DNA of 64,000 bases from Minisyncoccota bacterium (GCA_018062445.1 JAGOSG010000001.1:122426-186425); one strand, 5' to 3'; positions 47,859-58,481 are shown, numbered from the stretch's first letter. Translations and numbers: made by a program. The notes: generated by a model not told the origin, from the sequence alone.

Positions 47859-49208
47859 TTATTTAAGAGGGGGTTTCGTGGCGGTCTTCCGAATTGCGTT
47901 AATCAAGCTGGCGGAGTCAAAATAGTTAGATAGCTTGTTTTCCCATCCAACTTTCGATGTATCTACATCTGGGTCAACTCCCCTACCTTCAACGGGCTGA
48001 TTATCTTCCCGAAGTGTAATAGAGTTCACGAGAAGCAATGAGTAGCTAGTAGTAGGGTCTATGACAGTCTTCAACGGATACGTATTTTCAACAGTACCCC
48101 ACCCTCGCGTTGTGCCACCCACCACATGGGCGCGGTTAAATTTCTTGAATGTTGCCGCAGTTAATTCTGCAGTGGACTGTGTCATTGCATCGGTAATAAT
48201 AGCGATTTCAGTGTAGCGTTCTACAAGTGGAAATTTTTCTTGAGTTGTTCGCTCCACCTGATAGTCTCCCTGATGAAATAAATCAAAAGTATATTGATTG
48301 GCTCCAACAAAAAGACCAAAGAAAGCAGGCAAAAAATCTAGTGACCCCCCAATATTTCCCCGTAAGTCCAAAACCATACTACTGAGACCCGGTGTTGTTG
48401 ATGCCGCATCAACCGCGAGCGCAAATTCACGAAGAGTTGTTGGGGATATTTTATTAATATGAAGGTACAGCGTAGAGCCGAGCGTATGAGGAAACACAGT
48501 AGGTTCTATACCTGCAGAGTCATACAATGCCTTTGAATTATTATTAGTGAGAACTGACTGTGCGTAGGTTGCCACTGCAAGCGCTGCCTTATCTTCCGTT
48601 GAAGTTGCATTGGCAAAAATCGCCGCCTTCTTCTTATATGCCACCGCCACCTCTTCAGAAGAAGCTCCTTTCTCCAGCCCAAGATTTTGATATAAATCTT
48701 TTGATGTATCAATGTTGCTTACATTTTCTCTAAGTGCCACCTCCTCTTTTTTTGAAAGAATCCCATCGCGACCTGAGGGAGGAAGGTTATAGAGAACAAC
48801 GGCACCGATATTCAGCGCTATTTGTCGTTTATTTTCAGTGGAAGTTGCACTTCTGAAGGCACCTTCAAGCATTTTTGCGGTGCCCACCCTATCAGGAGTA
48901 ACTAATACTGTTGTTGTGGCTGTAACTTTCTCGACGGAAAGTCGAAACAATTCTGGCAACTTTAAATCCGCAGGCTTCATCCAATAATTAGTAGTTATGG
49001 AGTCGTATACCTCCATATCAAAACGAACATACACATCTGCTTCTTCTGGTGTTTGGTACTGTATTGCTGACTCAAACGACTTCGCATGCGTCCACACATA
49101 TGCGCCACTGGAGGAAAGTGCAATAACTATTCCCACCAACATGAGAACCAACTGATGTCGGAGAATAAATAATCTCACTGTATGTAGTTCTGGAATATTA
49201 AAGCCCAT
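47859..49208 (-). CDS. S41-family peptidase (C-terminal processing protease-like), membrane anchored
   Basis: IITDAMTQSTAELTAATFKKFNRAHVVGGTTRGWG matches the S41 Ser/Lys catalytic region; N-terminal TM. Confidence 0.6.
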   Translation of the reverse strand: MGFNIPELHTVRLFILRHQLVLMLVGIVIALSSSGAYVWTHAKSFESAIQYQTPEEADVYVRFDMEVYDSITTNYWMKPADLKLPELFRLSVEKVTATTTVLVTPDRVGTAKMLEGAFRSATSTENKRQIALNIGAVVLYNLPPSGRDGILSKKEEVALRENVSNIDTSKDLYQNLGLEKGASSEEVAVAYKKKAAIFANATSTEDKAALAVATYAQSVLTNNNSKALYDSAGIEPTVFPHTLGSTLYLHINKISPTTLREFALAVDAASTTPGLSSMVLDLRGNIGGSLDFLPAFFGLFVGANQYTFDLFHQGDYQVERTTQEKFPLVERYTEIAIITDAMTQSTAELTAATFKKFNRAHVVGGTTRGWGTVENTYPLKTVIDPTTSYSLLLVNSITLREDNQPVEGRGVDPDVDTSKVGWENKLSNYFDSASLINAIRKTATKPPLK

Positions 49209-49232
49209 CTGTGAGATACTACCATGTGAATC

Positions 49233-50009
49233 ATGGATTATTCTTCAAATAGAGCAGTGGAAAAAGAATTTCTTCTCCAAGAAAAATATAACGGCGTAAA
49301 AAATTCAGAATATGAAACTGATGTACTCAGAATCGAGAACGGTGAACCGCTCGCCTATGTGATTGGCTTCGTTCCATTTTTAGATTGCAAGATATTTTTA
49401 GACTCACACCCATTGATTCCTCGTCCAGAAACTGAATATTGGGTAGAGAAAGTTATTGAAAAGCTGAAAGCTGAAAGCTGGCACCTGAAAGCTATCCAAA
49501 AACCGCTTCGGGTTTTGGATTTGTTTGCCGGATCGGGATGCATTGGTGTTGCAGTTTTGAAACATGCTCCAGACACAATGATGGATTTTGGGGAATTAGA
49601 AGAAAGCCACCTTCCTACTATCCAAAAAAATGTGCGCGAAAACGGAATCGATGAAACACGCACGCACATACTACGCACCGATGTTTGGGATGGCATCACT
49701 AATTCATATGACATTGTGTGCGCAAATCCACCATACCTATCAGAAAGTCGCCTTAACTTAATTGAATCCTCAGTCCTCGCCTATGAGCCTAAAAAAGCAC
49801 TGTTTGCTGACGAGAATGGCTTTGCGCTCATACGAAGATTAATTGTTGGAGCAGGGACCCACCTAAACCCTAAAGGACTTATGTATATCGAACATGAACC
49901 TGAACATGCAGAAATGATCCAAAAATGCGCCAAAGAACATGACTTTGGCGCGGAAACCAAACAAGATCAGTATGGTGTGTTGCGATATAGCGTCTTGAGG
50001 AGAGGTTAG
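49233..50009 (+). CDS. prmC: release factor glutamine N5-methyltransferase
   Basis: VLDLFAGSGCIG motif I and VCANPPYL (NPPY) motif IV. Contains the in-frame dispersed repeat at 49458..49496. Confidence 0.8.
   Translation: MDYSSNRAVEKEFLLQEKYNGVKNSEYETDVLRIENGEPLAYVIGFVPFLDCKIFLDSHPLIPRPETEYWVEKVIEKLKAESWHLKAIQKPLRVLDLFAGSGCIGVAVLKHAPDTMMDFGELEESHLPTIQKNVRENGIDETRTHILRTDVWDGITNSYDIVCANPPYLSESRLNLIESSVLAYEPKKALFADENGFALIRRLIVGAGTHLNPKGLMYIEHEPEHAEMIQKCAKEHDFGAETKQDQYGVLRYSVLRRG
49458..49496. repeat. dispersed short-repeat family, copy R8, in-frame inside prmC (encodes ..EKLKAESWHLKAIQ..)
   Basis: GAAAAGCTGAAAGCTGAAAGCTGGCACCTGAAAGCTATC; the ORF stays open through it. Confidence 0.65.
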
Positions 50010-50100
50010 CCACTAGGGTGTAGCCATTAGGGCGGTCAGATAATCAGAATCTTTCCCTAAGCCCTAGTGGCTATTGGCTCGCCCCTAGTGGCTAGCTCAT
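50009..50100. repeat. CCCTAGTGGCTA-type repeat cluster (GCCACTAGGG / TAGCCATTAGGGC inverted against CCCTAGTGGCTA x2)
   Basis: Seen directly, immediately after the prmC stop; a different unit from the GCTGAAAGCTG family. Confidence 0.5.
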
Positions 50101-50333
50101 GGCATAATAGTTCTATGCCTCCAGTAACTACACTGCCTACAGATGTTGGGATGATATTTTGGTTTTTCTTTGCAATTGCTCTGGTAGTAACCGCGTACTT
50201 TGTTTTTACAGAACTCTTCCACTGGCTCCGCTTTGGGTATATGTATCCTCTGGTATGGATTGCCATACCGGTATACCTGATAGGCATTGTTATCCTCATC
50301 GGTGGCATGCTCACAGGTATTGGAGCTCTATAA
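50067..50333 (+). CDS. hypothetical small membrane protein (2 TM)
   Basis: ORF only; hydrophobic. Confidence 0.35.
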   Translation: MAIGSPLVASSWHNSSMPPVTTLPTDVGMIFWFFFAIALVVTAYFVFTELFHWLRFGYMYPLVWIAIPVYLIGIVILIGGMLTGIGAL

Positions 50334-50336
50334 CAT

Positions 50337-50903
50337 ATGTCATACAACCCCTTTGAACTCAAAGATTTTAGAGATGGCGAGCGTGTAGTCGCGTTAGTCC
50401 GTCATCATTGGTTTGTATTATTCCGTGAAGTTTTCTGGCTCGGCATTCTATTTATTGCCCCATTCTTTTTAATACCAATAGCATTTGGAATTTCTGCGCA
50501 AGGAGGAGGGCTTCCATCCGTACCACCTGGCGTAGTAATCTTTTTTGCTTCTCTTTGGACACTCATGATTTGGCATCTCTTATTTGCACGTTGGACAGAT
50601 TATTACTACGATATTTGGATAATCACCAACTGGCGCATTATTGATATAGATCAAATCGGATTTTTCAATCGCAATGTTGCGACACTCCTAACACTTGATC
50701 ATATTCAAGATATAGAAACGCATGTTGATGGTATTGTGGGCACCATACTCAATTTCGGAAGTATCAAAGTGCAGACAGCCGCAGCAAAAGCGGAATTTCT
50801 CATGAGTGAGATCCCAAACCCTGTCAGTATAGAGAAAATTATTCGAGAGGCGCAAGAAGAAAAAATTCGTGTATTCGGTGCAGCACCTACGACGCATGGG
50901 TAA
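50337..50903 (+). CDS. bacterial PH-domain (bPH_2 / YdbS-YdbT-like) membrane protein
   Basis: Two N-terminal TM helices, then DIWIITNWRIIDIDQIGFFNRNVATLLTLDHIQDIE beta-rich PH-like region. Confidence 0.55.
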   Translation: MSYNPFELKDFRDGERVVALVRHHWFVLFREVFWLGILFIAPFFLIPIAFGISAQGGGLPSVPPGVVIFFASLWTLMIWHLLFARWTDYYYDIWIITNWRIIDIDQIGFFNRNVATLLTLDHIQDIETHVDGIVGTILNFGSIKVQTAAAKAEFLMSEIPNPVSIEKIIREAQEEKIRVFGAAPTTHG

Positions 50904-50909
50904 ACTAAA

Positions 50910-52127
50910 ATGACGATTGATCCTTACAAAGGCGTTCGGGATTTTTATCCCGAAGACGAACGAATACAAAAACACATTTTTGGTGCCATGCGCCGTGCAT
51001 CAGAGTCTTTTGGCTATGAAGAGTACAATGCCTCTATTTTGGAGTCGACAGAGCTCTATATGGCAAAAACGAGCGAGGAAATAGTAAATGAACAAACATA
51101 CACATTTACTGATCGTGGCGATCGCTCAGTTACACTGCGCCCCGAAATGACGCCAACCGTTGCGCGTATGGTGGCGAGCCGTAAACGAGAACTTGGCTTC
51201 CCTCTTCGTTGGTACTCCATTCAAAATTTCTTCCGCTACGAGCGACCACAGCGAGGACGCTTGCGTGAGTTTTGGCAGTTAAATGCCGACCTATTTGGTG
51301 TCACAGGAATAGACGCAGATGTGGAAATCATCGCTCTTGCCTATCGCGTCATGATGGAACTCGGTGCATCCGACACTGACTTCATAATAAAAATTGGGAG
51401 CAGATCAGCATTGAACGCCGAACTTGCTCGTCGTGACATCCCTGCAATAAACCACAAAAAAATCGCTGCGCTCATGGACAGGAAAGGAAAAATTCCGCAT
51501 GAGGAATACGAGGATGAGATGAGCGCTCTTGCTGGTGGTTCATTTGATATTCATGAGAGTGAAGATATTGCAGAAACTCGGAGGCGTTTGACAATACTCG
51601 GCATCACCAATACTGAGTTCAATCCTGAAATTGTGCGTGGTTTTCAGTATTACACTGGCATCGTTTTCGAAGTATTCGATACTAATCCTGAAAACAAACG
51701 TTCTATGTTTGGCGGTGGTAGATATGACAACCTTGTAGGCCAGTACGGCTCTGAAGAAGTACCTGCTGTTGGATTTGCTATGGGCGATGTCATTGCAAGA
51801 GATTTCTTAGAAACACACAACCTTATGCCTGCCCTCACTCCCGCAACGCATCTCTATCTTGCACCTCAAAGTGAAAGTGAATCTGAAAATGTTGCGAGTG
51901 TTGCAGATACTCTACGGAAGAGCGGGGTAAATGTTGCCGTTGGCATAAAGCATGAAAAAATAGGTGACCATATAAAAACAGCACTGAAGCTTGCTATACC
52001 CTACTTTGCAGTCTACGGAGAGAAAGAAAAAGAATCTGGCACGCTCACCATCAAAACCCTCGCCACCAGCTCTGAAAAAACACTCCCCCTCCAAGATGTT
52101 GCTGTTTCCCTAAACGCTAAACACTAA
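50910..52127 (+). CDS. hisS: histidine--tRNA ligase
   Basis: GVRDFYPEDERIQKHIFGAMRRASESFGYEEYNASILE motif 1 region; class II core plus C-terminal anticodon-binding domain; 405 aa. Confidence 0.85.
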   Translation: MTIDPYKGVRDFYPEDERIQKHIFGAMRRASESFGYEEYNASILESTELYMAKTSEEIVNEQTYTFTDRGDRSVTLRPEMTPTVARMVASRKRELGFPLRWYSIQNFFRYERPQRGRLREFWQLNADLFGVTGIDADVEIIALAYRVMMELGASDTDFIIKIGSRSALNAELARRDIPAINHKKIAALMDRKGKIPHEEYEDEMSALAGGSFDIHESEDIAETRRRLTILGITNTEFNPEIVRGFQYYTGIVFEVFDTNPENKRSMFGGGRYDNLVGQYGSEEVPAVGFAMGDVIARDFLETHNLMPALTPATHLYLAPQSESESENVASVADTLRKSGVNVAVGIKHEKIGDHIKTALKLAIPYFAVYGEKEKESGTLTIKTLATSSEKTLPLQDVAVSLNAKH

Positions 52128-52146
52128 ACGCTATCCCCTGTTCGCT

Positions 52147-52719
52147 ATGCGCCGAATCACCCTCGACATTGAAACCACAAATGCCGCCATCGGTGGCGCA
52201 TTCGACCCATCAACCATGAACCTCACCGTTGCTTGTATTCATGACACAGAAACGGATTTATTTACTTCCTACGAAGTAGAAGAATTGCCAAAACTCTGGC
52301 CTATTCTAGAGCGAGCGGACTTGCTTATCGGCTATAACTCAGACCATTTTGATATTCCTATTCTCAATAGATATTACGCGGGAGATCTTACAAAAATTAG
52401 AAGTTTGGACCTGCTGGCGGAAATAAAGAATGTACTCGGAAGACGCATCAAACTTGATTCAGTCGCTTCGGGAACCTTGGGTAAAAAGAAAAGCGGTAAC
52501 GGACTTGATGCCATAAAGTGGTGGAACGAAGGCAAGAAAGAAAAAGTAATTAAATACTGTATTGATGATGTCCGTATCACAAAAGATATTTACGAATACG
52601 CTCTCAAAAACGGGAAAGTAACGTATTCGGATTTCGGAAAGAAAAAAGACATCACGCTCGACACTAGTTCTTGGGAATCAAAAAAAGCATCGTCAATCAC
52701 TCACACACTACCTTTCTAA
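52147..52719 (+). CDS. DEDD-family 3-prime-5-prime exonuclease-like protein
   Basis: Exo I-like LDIETT and Exo II-like YNSDHFDIPIL motifs; 190 aa. Confidence 0.55.
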   Translation: MRRITLDIETTNAAIGGAFDPSTMNLTVACIHDTETDLFTSYEVEELPKLWPILERADLLIGYNSDHFDIPILNRYYAGDLTKIRSLDLLAEIKNVLGRRIKLDSVASGTLGKKKSGNGLDAIKWWNEGKKEKVIKYCIDDVRITKDIYEYALKNGKVTYSDFGKKKDITLDTSSWESKKASSITHTLPF

Positions 52720-52720
52720 C

Positions 52721-52755
52721 AAATAAAATCACTGCTGTGGCAGTGATTTTATTTG
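52721..52755. terminator. bidirectional terminator AAAATCACTGC-tgtg-GCAGTGATTTTATTTG
   Basis: 11-bp stem flanked by A- and T-runs, between convergent genes. Confidence 0.65.
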
Positions 52756-53861
52756 TTACCGCGTAGAGCTTCAAGACCCTTGTAAACACTCGCGGCCTGC
52801 GTATCTGTGGGAACGTGAACATCCGAAAGATTCTGTCCTGCAAAAAGAAACATTCCGCCTGCAATCGCAAGAAGAACAAGTCCCCCGCCAACCATTTCGA
52901 GATATTGGATACGAACCTGAATAAAAACCGCGAGGAATAAAAGAATGGCTATGATTGTCATGAGCGCGCCGATGATATACCACAGTGTGTACGTTGGTGA
53001 TGTAACGGCAACAGCCATAAACATTATTGCGCGGGAAGCAAAGCTCGGAGGCGTGACATAAGAAGGTGTTTCACCGGTCGACACACTCTCTACCTCAGAT
53101 GCAGTGACTACATTTGGCGTACTTGACGATGCGGGAGTCTCCGAAACTGTCTCGGCGCCGAGAATGCTAGAAGGTGTAGCAGGTGCATTCAACCCAAGAG
53201 TGTTTATTGGAACAGATGTCGCAAGTTCGTTTGCGGGTACATCACCAGAAGAAGGCGGTGAATTGGCAACGAGAGGCTTCACTTTTTCATCGAGAGGTCG
53301 AGAGAAGAACTGCACTACAAATGTCGCTTCTTTCCCTTGGTACATGCCCTGTGCCACCGCAATTCCAACTCGGGAGAATTGGGCTTTCATAATGTTTGCA
53401 CGGTGCGTTGGCGATTTCATCCATGCATCTTCAACGTCTTTTGAGTCAGTAAAGTCAACCGCAAGATTTTCTCCTGCATATGTGTAGTTATAGCCGAGAG
53501 CATCAAGCCAGTACCACGGTGTCTTGCCATCTGGTGTAACGTGCGAGAAATATCCCTTCGATGCCATATCGTTTGCTTTATTCTGCGCTGCTTGTGTAAG
53601 AACAGGATCCTCAGTGAGTGTAGGAATACCATTTTGAACACGATCGTTATTTGCAAGCGCCGTCAAAACTCCTGGTAATACCGCTGCGAGGAAATTCGTC
53701 CGTAAGAAAACAATCTTCGTCTGCACGAAATATCCTCCCCACAGCAGAATAACAATCGCTAAAATAGCAACAATTGATTTCTTACTAAAACATCCTGGCC
53801 GATAGGAATTCTCGGCACACGGAATGAAGAAGACTTTCAAACCATGGAGGAATCTATTCAT
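52749..53861 (-). CDS. CAP/SCP/PR-1 domain protein, membrane anchored, with Ser/Thr/Pro-rich region and C-terminal TM
   Basis: GYFSHVTPDGKTPWYWLDALGYNYTYAGENLAVDF...WMKSPTHRANIM CAP-domain signature. Confidence 0.7.
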   Translation of the reverse strand: MNRFLHGLKVFFIPCAENSYRPGCFSKKSIVAILAIVILLWGGYFVQTKIVFLRTNFLAAVLPGVLTALANNDRVQNGIPTLTEDPVLTQAAQNKANDMASKGYFSHVTPDGKTPWYWLDALGYNYTYAGENLAVDFTDSKDVEDAWMKSPTHRANIMKAQFSRVGIAVAQGMYQGKEATFVVQFFSRPLDEKVKPLVANSPPSSGDVPANELATSVPINTLGLNAPATPSSILGAETVSETPASSSTPNVVTASEVESVSTGETPSYVTPPSFASRAIMFMAVAVTSPTYTLWYIIGALMTIIAILLFLAVFIQVRIQYLEMVGGGLVLLAIAGGMFLFAGQNLSDVHVPTDTQAASVYKGLEALRGNK

Positions 53862-53952
53862 TGCTGAAGATTATACAATTAAAACAGAGGTAGGGCAAGT
53901 ATTGCCCTACCTCTGTTTACTAATCCTGTGGAAAAACCACAGACTCTATGTA

Positions 53953-56900
53953 TTAGTGCGCCGTACCACGCAAAATAGCGTTGACGTTCGCAATGGTTAC
54001 TGTGTCTACGTCAAACGATTGGAGGAGTGAGATAATCGATTGTATCTGCCCGTCCGTGAGCGTCTGCACGCCACTACCAGCTGTTTTAGGGGCCATTCCC
54101 TTATTGAGCTCTCTGCGAGTAAGAGAGCCGACATAGCCACTCTGTGGCGTGATGCCGTGACTAGCTTGGTATTTCTTTACCGCGGACTGCGTCAGAGATC
54201 CGAAGTATCCTGTCGGTGCGTTGACAACAAGGAACCCTTCCGCGATAAGAATTTTCTGAAGCTCCGTCACATCATCGCCCTTCGAGCCAAGGGTAAGATT
54301 CTGCGTGAAATTATACGCTTCGGCACCTAAGACCTGTCCTCCTGTAGTACCTCCGACAGCGCCACCAGTACTTGGAACTGCACCACCATTATTCGCCAAA
54401 GCTACTAATGGACCTCCTCCACCACCCCCTCCTCCTCCCGAAGAGGTTGATATCGCAGTCTGCGTGTAGGTAATGAAAGCCGTGAAGTGTTTCGTCCAAA
54501 TGACCAAATCGCTACCGACATCTATCTTACAATCACCACCCGCAACGAGTGCATCGCCTACTGTCTGGCTATCAGCACTACACACAGTAGTTATTTTCGT
54601 AAAGGCACCAGAACGCGACCAACCAGCGAGCTTACCAGCCTGACCAACAAAAACGAGTCGAACTCCCTTGTCGAAGGTCAGTGCCTTATTAACTGCACCA
54701 ACCTCTATTGCCACCTCTGATACACTCGTACCAGAATCTGGGGTGATGGTATATGCCATGGTAGCGGTTGGCGAAAGCAAGACTCCGTCCCATGTGTCGG
54801 GACCTGTAACAACAACACCAGCTGGAATGTTCACATTCACCGTGCCAACACTCGTCGTTGTCGTTGCTACGGTAGTCGCTGAAATGGTTGTCGAAGCCTG
54901 ACCTCCTGATGTGGTAGTCGTGTAGCGCAGTGTTGTCATCGCTGCATCTTTCCACCATGGAGAGAAGGAAATATCACCCAAAAGGTTATCTGTCGTTGGA
55001 CCATTTTCACTTCCCCAATAGTTGCTGGTTGCATTAAACGAACCAGTCATGTCAGATCGTATTTTCAATATAATCTTGTCCGTCGCCATGTTTGTGAACA
55101 CATTGTCGTTCATATTAAGTGTACTCCCGGTGAAATTAGGCTGACCAGCCCACGTTGTTGCGCCGACAGCAGAGTAGTATGAAGTATCCCAACTCTTATT
55201 CCCATCAAATGTATTGTCGGTAATGTTGACTGTCCAATTGCTTAGGAAGCTATCGAAGGTCACACCTGAATTTTCGAATTTATTATTCGTTACTGTTGCT
55301 GTGCGAGTAGCCGTGGCTCCATTGTTGTTAAAGTAGACACCAGAACCATACTTACTGATGTCATTATGAAGGCTACCATCAGGGTCCGTGTAGTCTGCTG
55401 CTGTAGGAAGTATGCTCAAAGGAATGGGCATGAAGCGATTGTATTGAGCGATGAAATTGTTGCCGAGTACTTCAATACCCTTATTCGGAGAGAGTTTGTT
55501 CATAATACCAAGACCCTGAATCGTCACATTATCTGAGAAGACAGTGATCAGGTTCTGAGTCGCCCAAGCCCCGTTTGCGGTCTCCTGCGTACTGTAGATG
55601 TTAGCAACTGTATCTACTGCGTTCGTAATAGGCTGCCCGCTTGCGTTCAAGCCTTGCAAGGTAATGTTATTTTTCGTGATTGCTAAATACCAACCAGTTT
55701 GTCCAGAAACGGATGTTGCATCATCTTTAATCAGATTGTAATCACCTGGTAGGATATTGACCGTACCACCCTCAACGATGCGCGCTATTCCCTCTGCTAT
55801 TGTTTTCTTTGGACTACGCGCAGTTCCGTCACCACTCGTGGAAACACTCCCGTCAATATAGACGATGGAGAGTACTGCAGGGGAACTTCTTTGATCCTCA
55901 ATAAATGCATTATTATTAGCGGCACTCATCGACAGAATGTTTGCATAAGCAGTAGTGGGAGCCATGGAGAGTATGGCGATGTCGTAAACGTTGGCTTGTG
56001 CGCCGAAGCCCCATGTATTGCCCGTCATCGTTATATCACCTCCCTCAAGCACCCAACCCTTCGTGCCATAGACGAAGTTGTTAGAAATGGTCCCCGTGGT
56101 AGGGCCCGTCAGATAGCCAGGTTGGCGCAAAGCATAAATAGTGTTTCCATCAATTTGGATGCCTGTAAGACCTCCAGTAAACACCATGGCGCGACTAACA
56201 TCGCCGTCGCCGATAACAAATTGTCCATGTATTGAGCTATTTTTTATCGATGTGTTACTGGCGCCGATATAGAGAAGATTTTGTAAGCCAGTTTTGTCGG
56301 TTTTTACAAGCTCAATATTCTGCAAAGTAAAACCACTAGCAAGAATCTTAAAGAAGTTTTCACCAACAGTGATATCACCTTGGATAAAAGTAGAACCAAC
56401 TCCTGCACCGGTGATGGTGAGATCAGTTTTAGTGATGTCTATCTTGCTGGTGAGTGTATAAGTACCTGTCGCTACAGTAATCGTGCCACCCGACGGAACC
56501 GCATCAACAGCAGCTTGAATGGTCGCAAACGGATGGGTCACAGAACCGTCATTTGAATCGTTACCACCTGGTGCGACATAGACACTTGAGAGAACAACAT
56601 GAACGATGTCGCCCGTACTACCGCTCGCAGCATTTACCCATGTGCCGTTTGCCCCTCCATCGTATGTCCAGCTCCAGTCACCTTCAGGTGCCGTAGAGTA
56701 ATCATAGGAACCTCCAGGAAAGTAGTTTTGGACCCAGAGAGAAGTCATTGAGCAAGAAATAGAATTGCAATCTTGTGCTGGGGCCGTGCCCGTTGTTCCC
56801 CAGACTCCTGCATCCCCGAAAGTACCAGTCAACACCCCGCGTGTGCCACCAGTCATAGTGCCAGTAACTATTTCAGGCAATGCTATGCCACTTTGTGGGC

Positions 56901-57225
56901 TTTTGCCGTTCGCACCACCGAATGTCGTGAATGTGCCGACATCGTCCGCCTGTGCACAATAAATGCCACTCTCCTCCCATATCTGGATATGCCTCGTGAA
57001 ATTGTCGAGAGCCCAATCACCAAAAAAACCTGAGTCCGGGTCGTTAGCAATTTGCTGAGTCACGTCTACGAGAAGTGACGCACCGACACCGCTAGTACAA
57101 GATGTCGCCGCATGCGCAACCGGTATGGAAACAAAAAACACTCCGGCAAAAAGCATGAGTAGTCCAATTACGGCAACCGAAACAAAGTTCTTTCTAATAA
57201 GATGAGTGGAAAGTGAAGAATACAT
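53953..57225 (-). CDS. giant (1090 aa) secreted cell-surface protein: right-handed beta-helix repeats, Gly-rich linker, C-terminal peptidoglycan-binding domain
   Basis: N-terminal signal/anchor; many NNTI/GTNN pectate-lyase-like beta-helix turns; GGGGGGGGG linker; C-terminus LTLGSKGDDVTELQKILIAEGFL...YFGSLTQSAVKKYQASHGI resembles PG_binding_1. Confidence 0.7.
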   Translation of the reverse strand: MYSSLSTHLIRKNFVSVAVIGLLMLFAGVFFVSIPVAHAATSCTSGVGASLLVDVTQQIANDPDSGFFGDWALDNFTRHIQIWEESGIYCAQADDVGTFTTFGGANGKSPQSGIALPEIVTGTMTGGTRGVLTGTFGDAGVWGTTGTAPAQDCNSISCSMTSLWVQNYFPGGSYDYSTAPEGDWSWTYDGGANGTWVNAASGSTGDIVHVVLSSVYVAPGGNDSNDGSVTHPFATIQAAVDAVPSGGTITVATGTYTLTSKIDITKTDLTITGAGVGSTFIQGDITVGENFFKILASGFTLQNIELVKTDKTGLQNLLYIGASNTSIKNSSIHGQFVIGDGDVSRAMVFTGGLTGIQIDGNTIYALRQPGYLTGPTTGTISNNFVYGTKGWVLEGGDITMTGNTWGFGAQANVYDIAILSMAPTTAYANILSMSAANNNAFIEDQRSSPAVLSIVYIDGSVSTSGDGTARSPKKTIAEGIARIVEGGTVNILPGDYNLIKDDATSVSGQTGWYLAITKNNITLQGLNASGQPITNAVDTVANIYSTQETANGAWATQNLITVFSDNVTIQGLGIMNKLSPNKGIEVLGNNFIAQYNRFMPIPLSILPTAADYTDPDGSLHNDISKYGSGVYFNNNGATATRTATVTNNKFENSGVTFDSFLSNWTVNITDNTFDGNKSWDTSYYSAVGATTWAGQPNFTGSTLNMNDNVFTNMATDKIILKIRSDMTGSFNATSNYWGSENGPTTDNLLGDISFSPWWKDAAMTTLRYTTTTSGGQASTTISATTVATTTTSVGTVNVNIPAGVVVTGPDTWDGVLLSPTATMAYTITPDSGTSVSEVAIEVGAVNKALTFDKGVRLVFVGQAGKLAGWSRSGAFTKITTVCSADSQTVGDALVAGGDCKIDVGSDLVIWTKHFTAFITYTQTAISTSSGGGGGGGGGPLVALANNGGAVPSTGGAVGGTTGGQVLGAEAYNFTQNLTLGSKGDDVTELQKILIAEGFLVVNAPTGYFGSLTQSAVKKYQASHGITPQSGYVGSLTRRELNKGMAPKTAGSGVQTLTDGQIQSIISLLQSFDVDTVTIANVNAILRGTAH

Positions 57226-57573
57226 ATAAATAAAACGATACTAAGTCTTAATAAATAGTCAGCAATAAGGGGATAGAATAACCCTATTTGGAGTATGGGC
57301 GTGTATTCTCCGTGGGTCAAGGAAGAATAAGCCATTTGAGAAAATGCTTTCTGAGCCCTACCACCTAGAAAAGATAGCCTCACGGCCGAATGTCCTTTAG
57401 ACCAGAAAAACCGAACAAATCAAGCTTCAGGAAGCGCAAGGGACAGGTATTCCGCCTGAAGGACCATCAAGGTCCTTTAAATATACAAAAACAATACAAA
57501 ACAAAAATGTATCTTGTGTCAAGATGTCATTTGACACAAATTGAGGAAAAAAACGATATACAATTAGATTCTA

Positions 57574-58410
57574 ATGAAACAAATTCTGTTTGCGATTCTT
57601 CTCCTTGTTATGTGCGGATGCGTCGCCGAAACAGCATTCGCAGAAAATTCTATTCCAGCGGGTTTTTCTCCAAGCTCTCTTTGGCTTTCAAAAGCATCAG
57701 TGACCGCAGGTGACACAGTTCACATCTTAACGACAGTTTATAACAGCACATCTAAAAAAGTCGCGGGAGATGTAATATTTTTGGTGGATGATGTAGATGT
57801 GGGTACCGCGCACTTTGAACTTCCTGCTGGAGTAGCAGAGGTGGTCTCCGTGGAGTGGAGAGCGAAAACAGGAAACCATGTATTCAGAGCACGCATCGAA
57901 AATGGAACTGACGCAAACTTAAAACAAACGGTATCATTGTCGAGCACCGAAACTGGGGGAATAACATTCACTGTTGTTGCGGCGCCCCCACCACCTGTAG
58001 CCATTCAAGCCTTTAATAGCGCCACAAAAGCAATAACTGACGCCGCATCAAGTAGCGCCCCCGTTATTTCTTCAGTCCTCGGAGCAGTCTTCAATGAGAC
58101 GGAAAATCTAAGAAAGGGGGCTGTTGCATCGCTTGAAAACGCTCTAGAAAATGAAGAAACTCCATCACAAGAAGCCGAACAAAAAAACTTAGTCCTAGGA
58201 GCCGAAACATATCGTGCACCAAATAATGCAAATACTCTAACTGCGTCAATAAGCACAGCGCCAACCTCATCAGGATTTATGCGCGTTCTTCAAACCATTC
58301 TTCTCTTTTTAGTGAGTTATCAATGGGTTTTCTATCCACTCTTGATTTTGCTTCTCCTCGCAATTTTATATGTCATAGGGAAAGGACTATCCAGAAAAAA
58401 ACACACCTAA
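57574..58410 (+). CDS. hypothetical secreted protein with C-terminal membrane anchor
   Basis: Signal peptide MKQILFAILLLVMCGCVAETAFA; C-terminal TM plus KKH. Confidence 0.45.
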   Translation: MKQILFAILLLVMCGCVAETAFAENSIPAGFSPSSLWLSKASVTAGDTVHILTTVYNSTSKKVAGDVIFLVDDVDVGTAHFELPAGVAEVVSVEWRAKTGNHVFRARIENGTDANLKQTVSLSSTETGGITFTVVAAPPPPVAIQAFNSATKAITDAASSSAPVISSVLGAVFNETENLRKGAVASLENALENEETPSQEAEQKNLVLGAETYRAPNNANTLTASISTAPTSSGFMRVLQTILLFLVSYQWVFYPLLILLLLAILYVIGKGLSRKKHT

Positions 58411-58481
58411 AAATACTAGCTTCTAGGCGACGCTTCCGTCGGATCCGAAGGGATCATAGAGGTTCTAGGTGTTCGCTTTAA

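Noticed and set aside
57390-57713. 107-aa ORF upstream of, and overlapping, the 57574 gene
   Set aside because: Low-complexity basic sequence overlapping a signal-peptide gene start; more likely a non-coding leader.
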